Shown here: piece after piece, positions 1 through 15,200 of the stretch
Numbering within the stretch: position 1 is the stretch's first letter
How the letters are laid out: each line of letters begins with the position of its first letter
Assembly: GCF_964204645.1 (NCBI RefSeq)
Contig: NC_134028.1
Span: 3,782,001-3,846,000 of the forward strand
Source: Tubulanus polymorphus
Taxonomy: Eukaryota; Animalia; Nemertea
Length of the DNA stretch: 64,000 nt
Direction of reading: 5' to 3'
The notes under the pieces: generated by a model
Database searches by the model: none
Seen by the model: only the letters and a program-made list of their open reading frames with translations
Told to the model about the DNA's origin: nothing
Translations under genes and position numbers: made by a program

Positions 1-1
1 G

Positions 2-3000
2 AGGGATCAACTTCTGTCCATTGCTCAAATATCATACGGACAACCGCTACAAATGGCAGCCGATAATTTGGTGTTTGATGTCTCTCATTTCCGAGCAAAG
101 CGAGAGGTAAGGCCGACAGGCAGAAGACAAAATCCAATATCAACAAACGTTTTTTTCTCAGCTGTAAAAGGGCCATCGGTCAAAATATCTCTAGGAATTT
201 AAGAACATGAAATCAAAATTCATTTAATATCAAGAATTAAAATCAAAAGTTTTAAGACACAAAATTTCGCAGGACCATTGTCAGATGTCAACATGGACGA
301 GGGAGGCAGATATTGGAAACGTCGTGTCTTCAATAATTCTTGATAAATGAATTTCCATTTCATATTTTGAATCATACATAGTGGGTTTCTAAGATATCAT
401 CTTTTCATCACGTGGCAGTATACGGGTTGTTCTCCTGAAAAATCAATCAGAAGGATATTTGATCAGTTGTATGTAACAACGGCAAAGTGAAAATCATGTA
501 CTCTATAATACAAATGTACCTACTTTTCTTTATAATGGTTTTTCTTTTCAAGCAGTTCATTTGTTCGTCATTTGCAACGTGACATTTCATTTTTGAACGT
601 AGAAGAATTAAAGAAGTCTTTAAAATGCTGGTTTTCTTGTTAATCTGCAGGATACCGTATCACAAGAAGCCATACGTATCCTGTCTCAGTCACCCAGCGA
701 ACGATCAGCCAAAGAAACTAAATACGTACGTACAATGATTGGCATTTAAAACAAGCTTGTCTATTAATGCTGAAATCATCCAAAAACACATGCTAAAACA
801 TGCGAGACAGCCATCATTGAACTAGAAGAAATACGTAATCGCTAGAGAAGTTCTGGCTGAAAATAGCCGGTTTTATCCACGGGAATATTTTCGGTGACTT
901 CGTCGTTGTTGTTGTTGTTGTACAAAGTTTCAAAGACTTACTCATGAAGACGTTCTTTCGTATTTCTTATTTCAGCTGTTAATTGCGCTAAGAAATATCA
1001 AGGCATTCGCCGAATATCCGACGCGTATGCAGAAACAGTTGTGTAGCGTGGGTTGGTATGAAACGTATGTTAAGCTGAAATCCCTCGGAACAATGTTGTT
1101 ATATATGCCTGCATGTTGAATTGTAACAGCTTTTAAAGTTTCATCGAAATGGATGGATCGAATAGATTTATTTGAACTACATATCGTAGGGGTTTCACTT
1201 CAATAAATATTGATATAAATGTTTATTCTTTATTTTTAGATATGAGCCGCGTCGGGCTATCATTCGACAAGGCCATCTTCCATCTGCATTTTATTTCATC
1301 CTATCGGGAACAGGTAAAACCGGTTTAAACACTGGAAATTGATCTCTATTTCGATATGTTGTAGATCTATATCTACAGTATCACCTGTCCTTTTTTAGTT
1401 GTGGTCACTGTCAAAGAGCCGAAAAGCGATTTCTCTAAAACAGTCTGTTTTCTTCACCGTGGCATGGAGTTTGGGGTAAATATAAACCTAATCGATAAAA
1501 TGGAAGAGTTTTCTCTTCGTTTTGAAGAGAGCTGCGAGATACATACTAATGGCCGACCTTACTTGCGACGATGGAATATGTAAGCACATGGCAGTAACTA
1601 TCATAGACGTTATTTCCAAAAAACTATGTTCAGTAGATCTAATTACTTCCTCACCACCAACACCGACGCCACTAACACGACCATATTTTTCCTCCGACGC
1701 CCGGCGTCAATTCTAAAAGCCATTATGAAGTTAATTTTACGCCTGGTGAATGATAGATGAATACGCGTCATTGAAGTTTGCGATTCACACACCGACCGAC
1801 ATCGCGTTTCTGTCTTCTGTGTAATTATGTTTCCAAACTGATGAAATGGGATTTTCACTCATTTTAAGATTATGCGCCTCGTGCGATTGGGAAAAATAGT
1901 TACAACTCCAGACACAACTCCAAATTCTTATGCAGAATACATATATAATATAATATAATATAGATAATGTTTAGTGTTGATTATAAGATATGTAAAGTAA
2001 TTAAATTCTTGCAAAACGTTGATCAGTTGAAGCTATTTTGATTGATTTTAACTGTATATCGTTTGTTTTTCAAATTTCTCAGGAATTGGCCCTCGCTACG
2101 AGAAGTATACGCCAAGCCACTGTTATCACAAAAACCTCGGTTGAGCTTTTGTGCGTTTCGAAAGAGGTGAATAATCAGTCGACTCGTTTCATCGAGAAAC
2201 GTAATTTTACTGGTCTCAAATTACTGCATTATACGTAAAGCAACATCTTTATTGCAGGATTTTGAAGAGATATTCATGTCTGGTGGAATCAAAAACGTTA
2301 TGGACCCGGACCATAACGCGTTCATTAGGTATGAAAAATTGTATCTTTAACAACATCTCCGAGTTATGCGGTAGTTACACAAATCATTGGTTCATGAATT
2401 CAGACATGAATTCTGTACTTACTGTAGAAACATCACATTCCTACGACATTGGCCTTTAGAGAAATTAGTACAAGACAAAGAAAATTGTTTGTTCCATTTT
2501 TTCAAGTAAGTAAAACCAAATATTTATTCGGATGTCTACGAAATACCTACAATAAAGTATTTCCTGAAAGACGTTTTTATTTTGTTAATTCTTGTTTTCT
2601 TTCAGCCGCGGACAAGTGTTGGTGAGAGATAGCAACCACTCAGATTGGATATACATCGTAAAATCGGTAAGTGTGGCAAATACGTTACCTCCTTTTGAAA
2701 ACATCCACCATTTCTCGGCAGCTGTGTAGTCAGCACCCAGACGATATTTACACCGAAGAAAAAAGTGCAGTCGACCTTTCGCAAATTCGTTAATGTCCCG
2801 AGTGTTTGAATAGTGAGTTTTTGTACCACCGCCCCCGACACCGATGCACCGAGGTTTCTAGGGCTGTACGTTCATGAATGATTCAGAGATGTCGCGAACG
2901 ACGAATCGTGTAGTTTTTGCGATAGGACAAAACTCATTTCCCCTAAGCGGTAACTTATGTTCGCTAGCGAGTCGTTATCTACGTCATTATCACGTACGGT

Positions 3001-6000
3001 CGGCACATCTCCAATTCCGCATCGTTCTTGGCTACCCGCGATTGCTTCCCGTCGACATAATTTGCGGCTAATTCCGCCTAGTCATTTGCACGTGGTTTTG
3101 GATGTATCTAATTCCCGAATCCTAGTGGGAAACCCGCAACGCTACTGTGGCAACCGAGGATTCCAGGTGATGATCCGCCAGGTTCGCTAGTGGTTACTCG
3201 GTTACCGCGCTTCAATTTCTTCTACAATTAAATTCGAATCAACATTCCTCATCGGCAAATCTTTTTTTCAATTAAACAATGCCATACACTCATTGGGGAT
3301 GCCAATATGAGATGAACTGGATTTTTAGGCTTCCAAAGGCAGAGTTTGTCAAACAAGTCATCAAATTGCGCCATCTGGCCGGTACCCCATTCTATCAGAG
3401 TTAATGAAACCCTTCCAATTTGAACTTTTTACGAGTATTTCAAGGCGATAATTCATCTCGAGCTGGTAAAATCAAAACTCTTAAACTGTAAACTAATTAC
3501 GTAGCAATATGATAAGAGAATAGTATCGATTAGGATAAGTAGTTTATGGCTTTATCTCAGTAAGAGATATGAAAGAAATCAAGCAGGGAATACTCGCTCT
3601 TCGTGATTAAACACCTAACAACACTAATTCTCCTGACAGAATGAAAAAAAAAACAACAACGGGGCTCAGCAGAGATTGAACATTATTCATTCGTTCGTTT
3701 GTTCACTGTCATCGTCATCATTACTTTCAACATTTCTCAGAAAATGAACGCAGTTTTCTATTCACTCGTGCTTTTTCTCAGGGAAGTCTGTCGGTAATCA
3801 AGAAATTGAAGAACGTACAACCGAGCAAGAAACCCACAGCAGCGGCATCAGGCGACAGCTCGCTATCAGGTTAGTACCGGAGCTAACGCCTAAACGCCTA
3901 ACCACTTAAATACCAAACCATCTCCAATGACTTCATTTTAGTGTCGAGAACAAACGGATCGCATTTCAAACCATAAACTAGATCATCCAGGCAACTAGAT
4001 CTTACATTATGCTATTTTCCCTTGAAACAGGAGTCTTTTTATGATATTCGAACTTGCCCCATTAAAGAAAATTACACTTGCCTTATACGAAGATTTCTGG
4101 CAACCTACTTGACATATTAGGAGGATCAAGATCTTCTATAATCCTGTTACTAAAACACACGCTTTGGGTTTTTAGATACCAGTCAAAATGGATCCGATTT
4201 GAAAGGCTCACGGTGCAGGAAAGCCCACACCAAACGAAAAAAGAAACACCGCGATAAAGACAAATCTACGGATCTAAATTCAACGGTACAATCTCATCAA
4301 ATATTCAAAAGTCAAAGCTACTTTGAACATTATAATTTACTCTGATACCTACATTGGATTTGATGCTTGATACTCGATATATTCGAATTGTTTGAGATTG
4401 AACGATTTCAGGGAAATCTAGAATTGCCAGGTATAACCGAAAATAATGAATCGCATCGGTTGGGTGTATTAGACTACGACGCACTAATTAACGCACGGAA
4501 CCGATCGCGTTCGCAAACGCGACACATACGGCGCATCGACGGTGACAGCTCATCAGAGCAGCTTAAAAAATCACCCGACAGCGATCAACAATTCCCAATT
4601 GACAGCGGTGAACCTGCTACTGACATCACTAAAAATGCTCGGGTAAATCCTATTGAAATTGTTTCCCGGAGGATTGTTTTATCAACTTTCTCGGTTCTTT
4701 TCTAACGATCACGCGCGGTTCCCTTTTGCGGGGAGTTTGCTATTATATTCCCGGTTGTTCCTAACTCAATCATTCCCCACTGCAATTTATATTAATGGCG
4801 ATGCGTCTTATCTTCCGCACGATACAATTATTCCAATTGGAAATTCCCTAGAATACTCTTCACATCAGAGCCGCCAGCACTATCTATCACCTTGTTGTTC
4901 AGCATTTTCCAACTGTAATCTTACCTGCAATACATTTATTTCCGAGTGAATTAAAACAGTTACTATCTCAGCTAAAACGACAATTCATTTCAAGATTATT
5001 TGCCATTCGATTCCTTCGAGTCCTCCATTTATACTTGTAAAAAGATATCGCTTCATTTGTATATTGGTATTTTTTTAGGGAGTTTCCTCGCGAAGGAAAC
5101 GAAGTCGACGTTACTTCAACAGGATCTCTCACAACTTAGCTGTTAGTTCGATAGATCGTATTTCTGAACACGATTCGGGTAAGTAGAAAATGTTCAGGGT
5201 TACCATTTGTCAAAGAAATCCCTTCCCAATAGAAAATATACAATATCCAAGAATACCAGCCAGCATTATCTAGTTGCACCGAAAATCTTTTTTTCAGACG
5301 ATGCGTCGACAACATCTACGAGTAAAGACGCTTCAACGGATATGAATGAAAGTGATTTTGGATCCGATAGCGCGTTAACAACAACACCTCGTCTTCCTCC
5401 AATTAACAAAAACAAACAGCAAAATCTACTCGGTCGTAAGACCATGGCTGATAATTTGGACGGCTGGCCATCAGAAGCTCACGTACCAACGGAATCTGAT
5501 GTCGATCCTGCCTTCATAGTATTGAGAATTCTCGAACGAGGACAGTATTTTGTAAGTATCTTGATCGTAACTGGCAGTGGTAACGGAGACGAACCAAATA
5601 ATTTATTGAAGGAGCATAATGTAGTTGATATAAACATGGCGCTCATCGGATTCTGATCTGCTGACCAGGGGCCCCATATCGACCGATGACTAAGTTTAAG
5701 GTTTCAGTGGTCCACTCCGCATTAAAATCTCATTAGTAGCCCCTTGCACTGGCTTTGCCCCTTCGAATGGATGATCCAGCGTCCACGCACGTAATGCTCG
5801 TGACAGCCATTCAACCGGCTAACCACCTAATGACTCGATGGTATAGGACCGACTGAGATATATAGATCTAGATCGATATCCTATGATGACGTTCGCCGGT
5901 GGCAATCAATCACCTTGATCTCTGGACACGAACAAATGGAGAGTGGATTGAGTAAAAACGACAAACATTAGCAGCCGAGAGATGAAAAGATCTATTTTCC

Positions 6001-9000
6001 GAGGAAAGAGGAAATGACAATTTTCGGTGGGCGCTGATGAAAGGTTGATATCGAATGAGCTGCGTTTACATCTGGCTGGTAATCCGCATCTCGAAAATCC
6101 CCCTTTTGACGTTTCGGATGATTGGCGACGGAACGTCTTTCGTTTTTCAGTCGACACTGAAGGAAATTGTCCCGTAACGGAAACTGACGTTCATTGATTT
6201 ATTTTGTTAATCGGAATGTCTTGGAAATCATCCTTAATGGTGTAATTGCCTTCGTATCGATCGACAGTTCTTTTAATCAACCTTGGCGCGCGTTTTCTAA
6301 AAATGTCGCTCTTCTATTTTTACATTATTCCTACATATCTCGTGATAGAAAAAGACAATTTTTCACGAACGTATTTCATGACGTGCGCATCTTACCCTAG
6401 CGAATTATCAAATTCCATTGATCCCGTCTTGAAAGGAATGTTTCGTATTCTCGCCGACTCCGATGGATTTCCTAGAATAGCAATGACGGAATCGTTGAAT
6501 CTGACTATCTGGTCACTGGATGTTTGCAGATCAGTTGGCACGAATCGGATATTTAAATGCATTCATTGCTTTCCATTGATAAAGATATGTTGATAAACAT
6601 ATCTACGCATTAGATTATCAAAATATTCAATTAAATAAATTCAATGAAATCTTATTGGACATGAGAAGAAAAAACATTATAAAAATAAAACATAGAAAAA
6701 ACAGTTTATATCATGTGCATTGTAAGGTGATTTATGCGCTTTCGATAACTTTACTAGACTCGATGTATATTGGAAAATATGAATACGCAGGATCGTGGTA
6801 AAGAGGCTCTAAAATTTGTACCATGATAATGAATCTGATTTTCCCTCGAGTATTTATTTCGAAATGATGGCGAGATACCTGTACACCAGTCTGATTAATG
6901 TAACACAGGACGTATCGTAATAGACTCGGTATTTTATGGAGACTTCTACCGGTTCTTTGATGGCGTATCGCTAGTTAATGTGCTTTATACGACCAATACA
7001 GAGACAAGATTGCGCGACTGCAAGTGCATCAAGGACGAGTATCGGGGTTATTATCCCGCGGTGTACCTGTTACATCTCGGTGGCATGTATGGCTGATGCT
7101 ATCTGGTGAGCTGCTTTCAAAACTGCATTTATAGACAAACTCTCATCAGGTTTTCGTTCTTTATATGAAAGCGTCTTAATCCCTGTTGCCGACGAAATAC
7201 CTTTGTGAATGACGCACAACACAAAAAGGTCGCCTACGTACATATTTAATGGGGGAAAATGTAGCGACGGTTTTCAAGTAGGTTCTCTTGCGCTGCTATT
7301 GCTAGGTTTCTGCGATGATAATGATAAACGCGTATGTATGCAAATAAACTAGACACTTTACATGGACGACGTCTATGATGTGACTGACTGGCTCTTTGAT
7401 CAAGAGTCTAAGCACGGTGGAATGACTGGGGTATAAATTGCAGCTTTTATGTTGGATCATGCCTCGCCGTAATTACTGACATTAACCTTTACGTACGGAA
7501 ACACTTTGCAGTGGAGCTGTTAACTTCGTGATTTCCGTTCGCAAAACGTTTCTTTTCTGGAACGTTAATCACGAACTTTGACCATTAGAAAGTCGAGTCT
7601 TCCCAATCCATTTATAACGCGAACACGCTTTCTTACCAAAAAATTAATTTACACTCACGAAATACGCATTCAAACCGACGACATTTATCACCGCAGCATC
7701 ACGGCGCTGGAGCATATCAGGATGGAAAAGACTTGTGGTCCTGATCAACGCCACCACCTGGCGGGTTGATTGACTGAATAAAAGAATCAATTACCGAAAC
7801 GACGTCTTTCCCGAATGATCGATACTATTTGAAATCTCTCCATTACAAAACGACTTCAAAGATATAGAATTACACGAATCTTAATTTTGTATTTGACAAA
7901 TCATTCGTAAGCAAATCGATTTGTCGTAGGAATTATCTTTTAAAAACTACCCTTGTTTACCGTCGATATTGTTTATTATTTGGTTTCTATTATTTCTATT
8001 AGGGAGTTGCGCACATGTTATTCGAAGAGCAGCCTAGTGTGAGTTTAGTCAGTAACGGAGCCGAATGCATTATGATATCGAAAAAGTACTTTCTTCAGCA
8101 TACCGATCGAGATTCTTTGATGCGAATTCGTAAACAGGTACGTGCCTATATCAGGTCTCAATGAAAGTACAACTTGTCAACGTCCTTCAGATATGGACGA
8201 TTTTCAACTCAACGATGCGGGCAACCAGTCTTTGTGTTTGACTAAACATTTTAGAATCCGTGATCAGAATAATGAACAGTTTATGTCATTCAGATGGAAG
8301 CCTCTAAGCTCTAAGACATGAAAAGGGTTGAAATACGAAATTAGTATAAAGCCACTATTCACGTTCATAATTCATATTACTCCAATCGCGGACATGAAAT
8401 TTGGTAAATTACGTGAATAACGCGACTGATCACCTAATTATATCTCACAGTGAATGTGAAATTAATTGGTACCGAGGTTTTACGTTCATTAGTTCGTAAA
8501 CATAGAGTGCACTTCTTGCACATCGTTCTTCCTTCAATTCAGTGAACAGCTTTAAGCGGCGCTAATTAATAAAATCAAAGGGACATCGATGCGATGATTG
8601 CATTAATTCCACAGGCTCTTCACGAAAGTTCCAAATTCTAAGACGTTCTCGGCTCAAAAACGCGCACAAGATAGAAATAATTGCATTATTATCTTGCCTT
8701 CGTCGGAACGACACTTCAAACGCTGATTAATTCGAACTGCATTATCGATGGAAGCTCCGATACACTTTGCATTATATTTGACGCTCGTCGCGAGGAAGTC
8801 AACTTTTATGTATTCTTATTATCTTTTCAGGAAATACCTTATCCTTGCGATGACGAGATGCAAGAAAGCCTGCAAGATTTCGTCAATTGGAAACAGCATC
8901 GAGCCCGAACGTATCGATCCATAGTGCACACGCTCAATAGGAAACGCACTAAGAAGAAAGAATGGCCCAGCGATCTGAGGGAATATAACTTCAGGACGGG

Positions 9001-9010
9001 ACCGATATAA
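2..9010 (+). CDS. CNBD2: Cyclic nucleotide-binding domain-containing protein, CNBD2-like; 5' end outside the window; 16 exons, about 603 aa visible
   Basis: Phase-consistent GT-AG exons: <2-106, 651-725, 976-1064, 1240-1313, 1399-1475, 2083-2166, 2258-2328, 2428-2505, 2606-2666, 3782-3869, 4176-4285, 4412-4642, 5079-5178, 5298-5551, 8003-8137, 8831-9010 (TAA); total 1812 nt. Translation has cNMP-binding motifs IIRQGH..FYFILSG and FGELALATRSIRQATV, plus a second degenerate domain (VLVRDS..WIYIVKSG ... GQYFG ... SLVSNGAECIMISK). The family call is from motif recall, not a database search. Confidence 0.85.
904..922. repeat. (GTT)n short microsatellite
   Basis: cgttgttgttgttgttgta. Confidence 0.75.
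7745..7958 (+). repeat. Dispersed repeat of about 210 bp, copy 1 (possible Tc1/mariner-type MITE end)
   Basis: Aligns along its length to the reverse complement of 39516-39725, e.g. ACGAATCTTAAT.TTGTATTTGACAAATCATTCG.AAGCAAA and the terminal ACCCTTGTTT. Confidence 0.75.
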
Positions 9011-10347
9011 TAATGGAAAATCTACGATGAAAATATCGTTATTATAAAACCCAGCTTCCTTATTTCATACTCACTGGAAATGTTTATTGTATGTACGTGA
9101 TATGGTTTGTTGAAGTTCTTTTGATACGAGGGACTCGGCGGCACTCTCAGCTCAGGAGAATTCCTTTTTTTATTCCCGTTCCCAGTAATTCTGCCAACAT
9201 ATATGCTGTAAAAGCCCATACCAATCAAATCGAGGAGAAGCCGGGACAGTTTTTTTCTCTCAAACGAACGCATTGTAGAAAAGAGAGACCAGGGAAGTAT
9301 GAGTTCCACTACCCGAACTGAACAAGATGAATAGATTCTACCTTGACATTCAGCGTTGTAAAATAAGAATATAAATAAGTCTTCAAAAGACGTTTGTTCG
9401 TATTAAACTAAGCTATATGATTACTACTGCGTTTTATTTCTTTGATTCGCTCGTTTTGTATCCGGGTTTCTTATCATCATTCGAATTTTTGTTTCGAGTT
9501 CAGCGGGGAATCGGCGCCGAACTCGCGCGATCCGCTAGATGAGATGTCTCCGCGACATTTTATACAAGACCTCGCACTTTAACGAACCGTATTTCAAGTG
9601 GCTGCTCTTTGTATTGGGATTCTACGATTGCCTACGTGAGAGATAAGTAAAAAGGGCAGCGTCGAGCTTTTTCTCGAAAATATTTTATTTTTGTCCAATG
9701 GTTTCGTGGAAAACAGTTAACAGATCATGGGTAAACAATTCTCAACAGATCCTAATTAATTCATACAATCATTAGAATTATATTATTGACAGTACTGATT
9801 ATGATAATATATATTTCAAACACGCCATTCAACATTTATATTACTTATTTTTATCACGAGGTAAGCTACGAAATCATCACAACGTAGATTTCCTATAAAG
9901 TTATACCGAGTGTTCACAAACCTCTGCTATAAGTAACAAAATATAGTTGATTATGAGGACCTAATGGAAAAACAACAACATACTTCATACGAAATAAATT
10001 TAACAATATAAATACATTTCGAAGAACATGTGATGTGATATCTGATACACAGCGATCTTCAATGATCAAGATTGTCATCGAGGTTTTTGGTTTTTGTGGT
10101 TGAAATTGAAAAACATCCATTGGAACACATTCTTGGTCCTATGTAGTATTGTATAAGCGATAGGTTTTCCTCCGATATATTGGACACTTTATTTTCAATC
10201 GTTTATCTTGCTTCACGTCGTTTAGATCTTGGTTTCCCAAGAAGGTATTTTGAAGTGTTGCCCGCACTCACACTGTAAGCGGCCGGCAGGAAACCCGTTT
10301 GTCATTCAGCCCTTATATATAACCTTCACAAAACTCTTTCATTCCAA

Positions 10348-10384
10348 CTGATGATGGCTGTTAGTCAACAACCGTTTCAATAAA
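10348..10384 (+). ncRNA. Truncated hammerhead motif copy (same family as 33174-33234)
   Basis: CUGAUGA U GGCUGUU AGUC AACAACC followed by GUUUCAAUAAA. The GAAAC-GUU segment is deleted relative to the 33.2 kb copy. Confidence 0.5.
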
Positions 10385-12258
10385 TTATATCATATAAAAA
10401 TTTTAATTGTGGGACTTCTTCGATTATCGATACTCCTCCTATGGTTTAGGCTACTATAATAAGCACATGCCTAGTTTCTATTGACATATACATGAACCAG
10501 CAGGATACATTTGGTCACAGCGTTTTCAAAACAAACCAATCCAGGACCTATAAATAGTTAAATTATTCTAGGAAATGAGAGACACTACAACCTCGAACTC
10601 CGGGTGATATTGACCTGACTAATAATTTTAACTAATGCACGTCGAGTTTCCTGCTTTCCGTGATTCACATTAACCTGAGATCGTGTATAAATTTGTGCGA
10701 ACTAATTCTACTTGGTGAGGCTTGCACTATGCAGTTATTCGCATTATTTGAGTTGAACTTAAGTATAAAGTTCATTTAATGCTGATTTCTACGAATGATT
10801 GTTCAAATAGCTAAGATGATAATTACGCCAAAGAGTTCGTGAAAATTTTAGTTCTAGGAGGGTGTAGATATATATCACCGATATCGTACTAAACTAAAAT
10901 CGACATATTTCGAATAAAAGAACCATTATCAAAATTCAACGCCACCATATAATTTCTCTTAAAATCTGGCAATAAACATCAAAAAGGTTTTAGTTAATCA
11001 TGCTTTACTGAAAATCTAAATCTACCGTTGGCAACATTGATCTGTTTTATGAAGGCACTTCGTAGTGCGATATATTAGTGGAAATTTCGAAAAATATTAA
11101 GTTCTCAGCGTTAATTGAACGGAAAAAGATTCCGGATCCCATCAAAGAGGCGCTAATTGCTTTAAGGGAGAATTTTTTACCCAATTAAACAGAGCATCGA
11201 GCTTTCAAAAGAAACATTAAACGATTCGTTTAGTCAACAGCGATACCTCGATATGTTTCGATGATGCGTTAACTATAATAACAACGCCATCTATCGAGAT
11301 GATTCACCACCTTGTGGATGGCGACAGGGAATCAACACCTCGGTGCAATTGTTTAGTCCGAATAAGTTTACTGAAAAACCAAATTCGTTTAATAGTCCTG
11401 CTTCTGAACCGATTTGCTCAAACGAGCAAATTCGTTTTTGGGATATTGATTATTTTCGTATACGCCACCAAAAGCGATTTAGGCTCTGGTATGAACGGAA
11501 CTCTGGCAATCGAAGACTTGAAGCTCGTGGAGGCATCCGCCAGTTTCGCTAGTACGCGCTATAATCGATTTCTTCCGTATTTCACTTACTTTTCTTTTTC
11601 TCGAGTAATAAAAGATCGGGAGTTCTAAATAATAAATCTACGGAAAACTCCTATTCGTTCTCTATTGTTCTAACGACGACGTCAAACTATCAAAATTGCG
11701 CGTATGTACATTATTCTCACGCGGTATTATATACAAATCTATTAGGTTGTGACGTAGACACACTGCACACGAGATAACCATCTTGAAATCTATCTTACAA
11801 CGTTCGCGATTGAGGGGCTACTTAAACACACGCACACGCGCACACCATGATCCGTGGTACTAGGAATGGTTCGTATATTTGGAATATCGATGTCGGGAGC
11901 GATCACATTTTGGTATTATGTATAATACGTAAATAATCGATTCTCGTAATGTTTGAGAATTATCAACTGTTTCCGAAGAACAATTTTCAACAAACTCGGG
12001 TACGTGAGGGAAAAAGCCTAGGCTTACTTACTCACTCGCAGGCCTGAAATAAGCCCTATAAATCGTTCTACGTCGACACAAATTGGCAGGCATTTTCCGT
12101 GGTGCTTTTTCGTGTATTAGGTTTTAATATATCAGGCTTTAGAACGTCCGTCACTTTACAACGCGTCATTACGTCGTTCATAAGACTTGTTCCACTCATA
12201 TCAACGATGAAATATCATAATATAACATCAAATACACTAACTTTTAGCAGCTAGCTGA

Positions 12259-15200
12259 CTATTGAATCACACATCTCGAATCACTTTTAATTTCACTCGT
12301 TTGTGAAATGTTATCTTTATCTTCCAACGATTTCAGATCTGTTCGTATACTGGGACGTCTGACGTTAGGCGCGACGGCGCCGCATGCGTCACTCAAACGC
12401 CGTCTGATCGTTACGCGTCTCGTCGAACCGGACGAGCCGCTACTAGACACGTAATTCGGCTGTACTTTACGATGAAGCGACGGGCTCATCTCCGTCGGTA
12501 AACTCGCCAACATGAACAGTTTCACGAATATTTCATTGATGTTTACATTCTTTTTCGCCGATGTTTCCAAAAAGGCACAACAGGGGTCGCTCTCGGCGAT
12601 CGTTTGCACCTCCTCGGTGTCGACGACCTTGTCGCGATCTTTGTCCATTTTGTTGCCGACGATAACCATCGGCACTTTTTTCTTCTCGCCTTTTACCTTG
12701 CCCACTTGTGTTTGTCCTTTGCTTTCACAGATTTGCTCCCGGAGACGTAGAACCTCTTCGTAGCTCTCTTGGCTGTCGACGGCAAACACCAGGATAAAAA
12801 GATCACCTGAAAAGATAAAGGGAATGCGTGTAATACGATCGTGAGACATCATTTTCAGGTTGACGTCGGCGTGAAAAGAATGAACGCTACTAGATGCATA
12901 TATAATACCGAGATAACGGTACAGAACAGCGATAAAATGTAAAGTAATTTCCATCTGATATATCGTACAGGAGCACATAGCTTAGATAATTAACGAGAAA
13001 CCCCGACTTGAATAACTTCGATAAAACCCACTTTTAACAAGGTGTAAAGGACTGGCAGCGAACTCAATAGGGATCATCGTCAGGTGTAATGGAATAACAT
13101 GAAACGAGAGGTGATTTCTGAATTTTTTAAAAATAAAATTTGCTTTTATTCTCTTAAACTTTGCATACAGTGAGTTTTAAACTTATCATCGTCCGATATG
13201 AGACGTAGTCATATCAGGCGCATATATAGTGAGCCTGCAGCGCAATATTCATTGAAATCACTTTTAGTAGAGCGTAATGTTTGAACTAATTGCGTTTGGA
13301 GGTTCGTGACCGACCATGTTTTTAACCATTTCAGTTTGATCGGATAAATGTCAAGAATATAGCTCAATAATCTTGTTCAAAAGACACAACGATTGTGGAA
13401 ATCGATAACTGATGCGTCACCTTCGATTTCGTTGCTAATGATATGTTTTCCAGATAAAATCGTTCGCCCTGGTTATATGGCATGATAAATTGAATGTGGC
13501 TAATTGATTGCGGCGCGACAGCTTCGGAGATTGAAATCGACGGACCAAAGCAATGCACCACTTCTACCATTAACGTTTCGAACGGAATAAAAAGCGATCA
13601 AAAAACTTTCTAGTCACGGAAATTGCAGTTGATGCTAATTGGAATCAGCTATTCAGTAGATAGCCTGGTAGCGCCGTGACGCTGCAGCGGACCGTACAAC
13701 CCTTGACTGGTCACGAAAACGTGAGTTATTTTCAAAGTGAAAGCTCTCTCTCCCTCGCAATGAAGCTGCATTCAAATGAGAGGGAAAAAGGAATCGTGTT
13801 ATACGCGGGCCTGACTAGGAGGTAACAGGTAATAATCCCCCCGCTAAAAATCCCACATGGCAGCAAGAATGCCCCATGGTAAAAGTCCCCCGAATTTGAT
13901 TTCCAAACGAATAATTTCAATATTCTAATGTTGAAGAAAAACTTTGATAGATTTCAAAAATTTCAAATTCTCCGTTGTGTTGGTCACAATATTCGCCTTT
14001 GATAATCTGTGACTTTTAGTAAGTTACATGCATCCAAATATGGCGTTATCGTACTCTTGAAAAGCTCTGTGAAGAGAGCTGAAAAATAATGATAAGATAT
14101 CAAACAAAGATATCAAGAATAACAAACAAATAAAGTCCGAAAATAATGTTTCCTTGAGCTAGTAGTTTATTCGACGTTTCGACTATATTCAAATAGCCAT
14201 TTCAGGAATGGTAATTGTTGAATGTTATCTAATCGCCCGTTTGTTGATCTTAAAGTTCACACATGAGTGTTAATAAATCTCTAATAATTGCGTTATATAA
14301 ACACGACCTGGTCGCCATTTAGCCGCAATGTCATCACTCTGAAAATGTCACATGTCTCGAGCCAGAATCGCGTAAATCAGCACCACAGACATCTTTGATA
14401 TTTACGACGACATAAAACCTTTTTGCGAGGGCTTTGTATTCAGACATGAAGATACGTGGCCTATGATCGCAGACGAGAAAATGGACTCCTAAATCAATCG
14501 CCAGCAGTAAACGCCACTTAATTTTTATCGATAGCAATAAAGACAACGAATCGTGGATCCGGTAAAGCGGATCAGTCGGTGTTTGTCAACGGCTTGGCAT
14601 CAGTAACAATATTGCATGCCTGCATGAATGCGTAGAGGGCTTGTTTTGTCGCTGATGCGATAGCTCAACGTTACACTGTGAGTAACATTACGTAGAAATC
14701 GCTTGTAGATCCATCGAGATACCATATTCGACCATATTTTCAGTAATGTCTGATAAATGATGAATTCCTGGTTTAGGACTGCAACCCGCGTACACACAGG
14801 GATAAAAACGCTGTGGTCTGAGTTTCCCTTAGAACAACGAAACACCAGATTTATGAGTGATAACGATGGCAAACATTGACACCGAGTTCACATCGGGGAA
14901 AAGGGAAATTTCTCGCCAAACGGAAGCAAGAAGTTGTTTATCGCCTCAGACATCCGTTCAGTCTTGACCTTGTCTCTAGATGTATTCGCACTTCCTTTGG
15001 GCAGTAGATTATGCAAATATTGCTTTGGCGAGGCTGATCGTATCCCCTAAAATCCAGAAACAGCAGGTTCTCGGGGATTAACAGCATTCAACTGCGATTT
15101 AGATAATAGAAAAGTAACTTTATTCCACTCAGGAGACGAATGAAACTCGACTGAATGTAACGTACCAGCAGTTATTATCTAATCGAAATTTCTTATCATA

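Noticed and set aside
12807-12978. N-terminal part of the 239-aa ORF
   Set aside because: Intronic read-through upstream of the acceptor at 12807; the real N-terminus is in exon 24245-24512.
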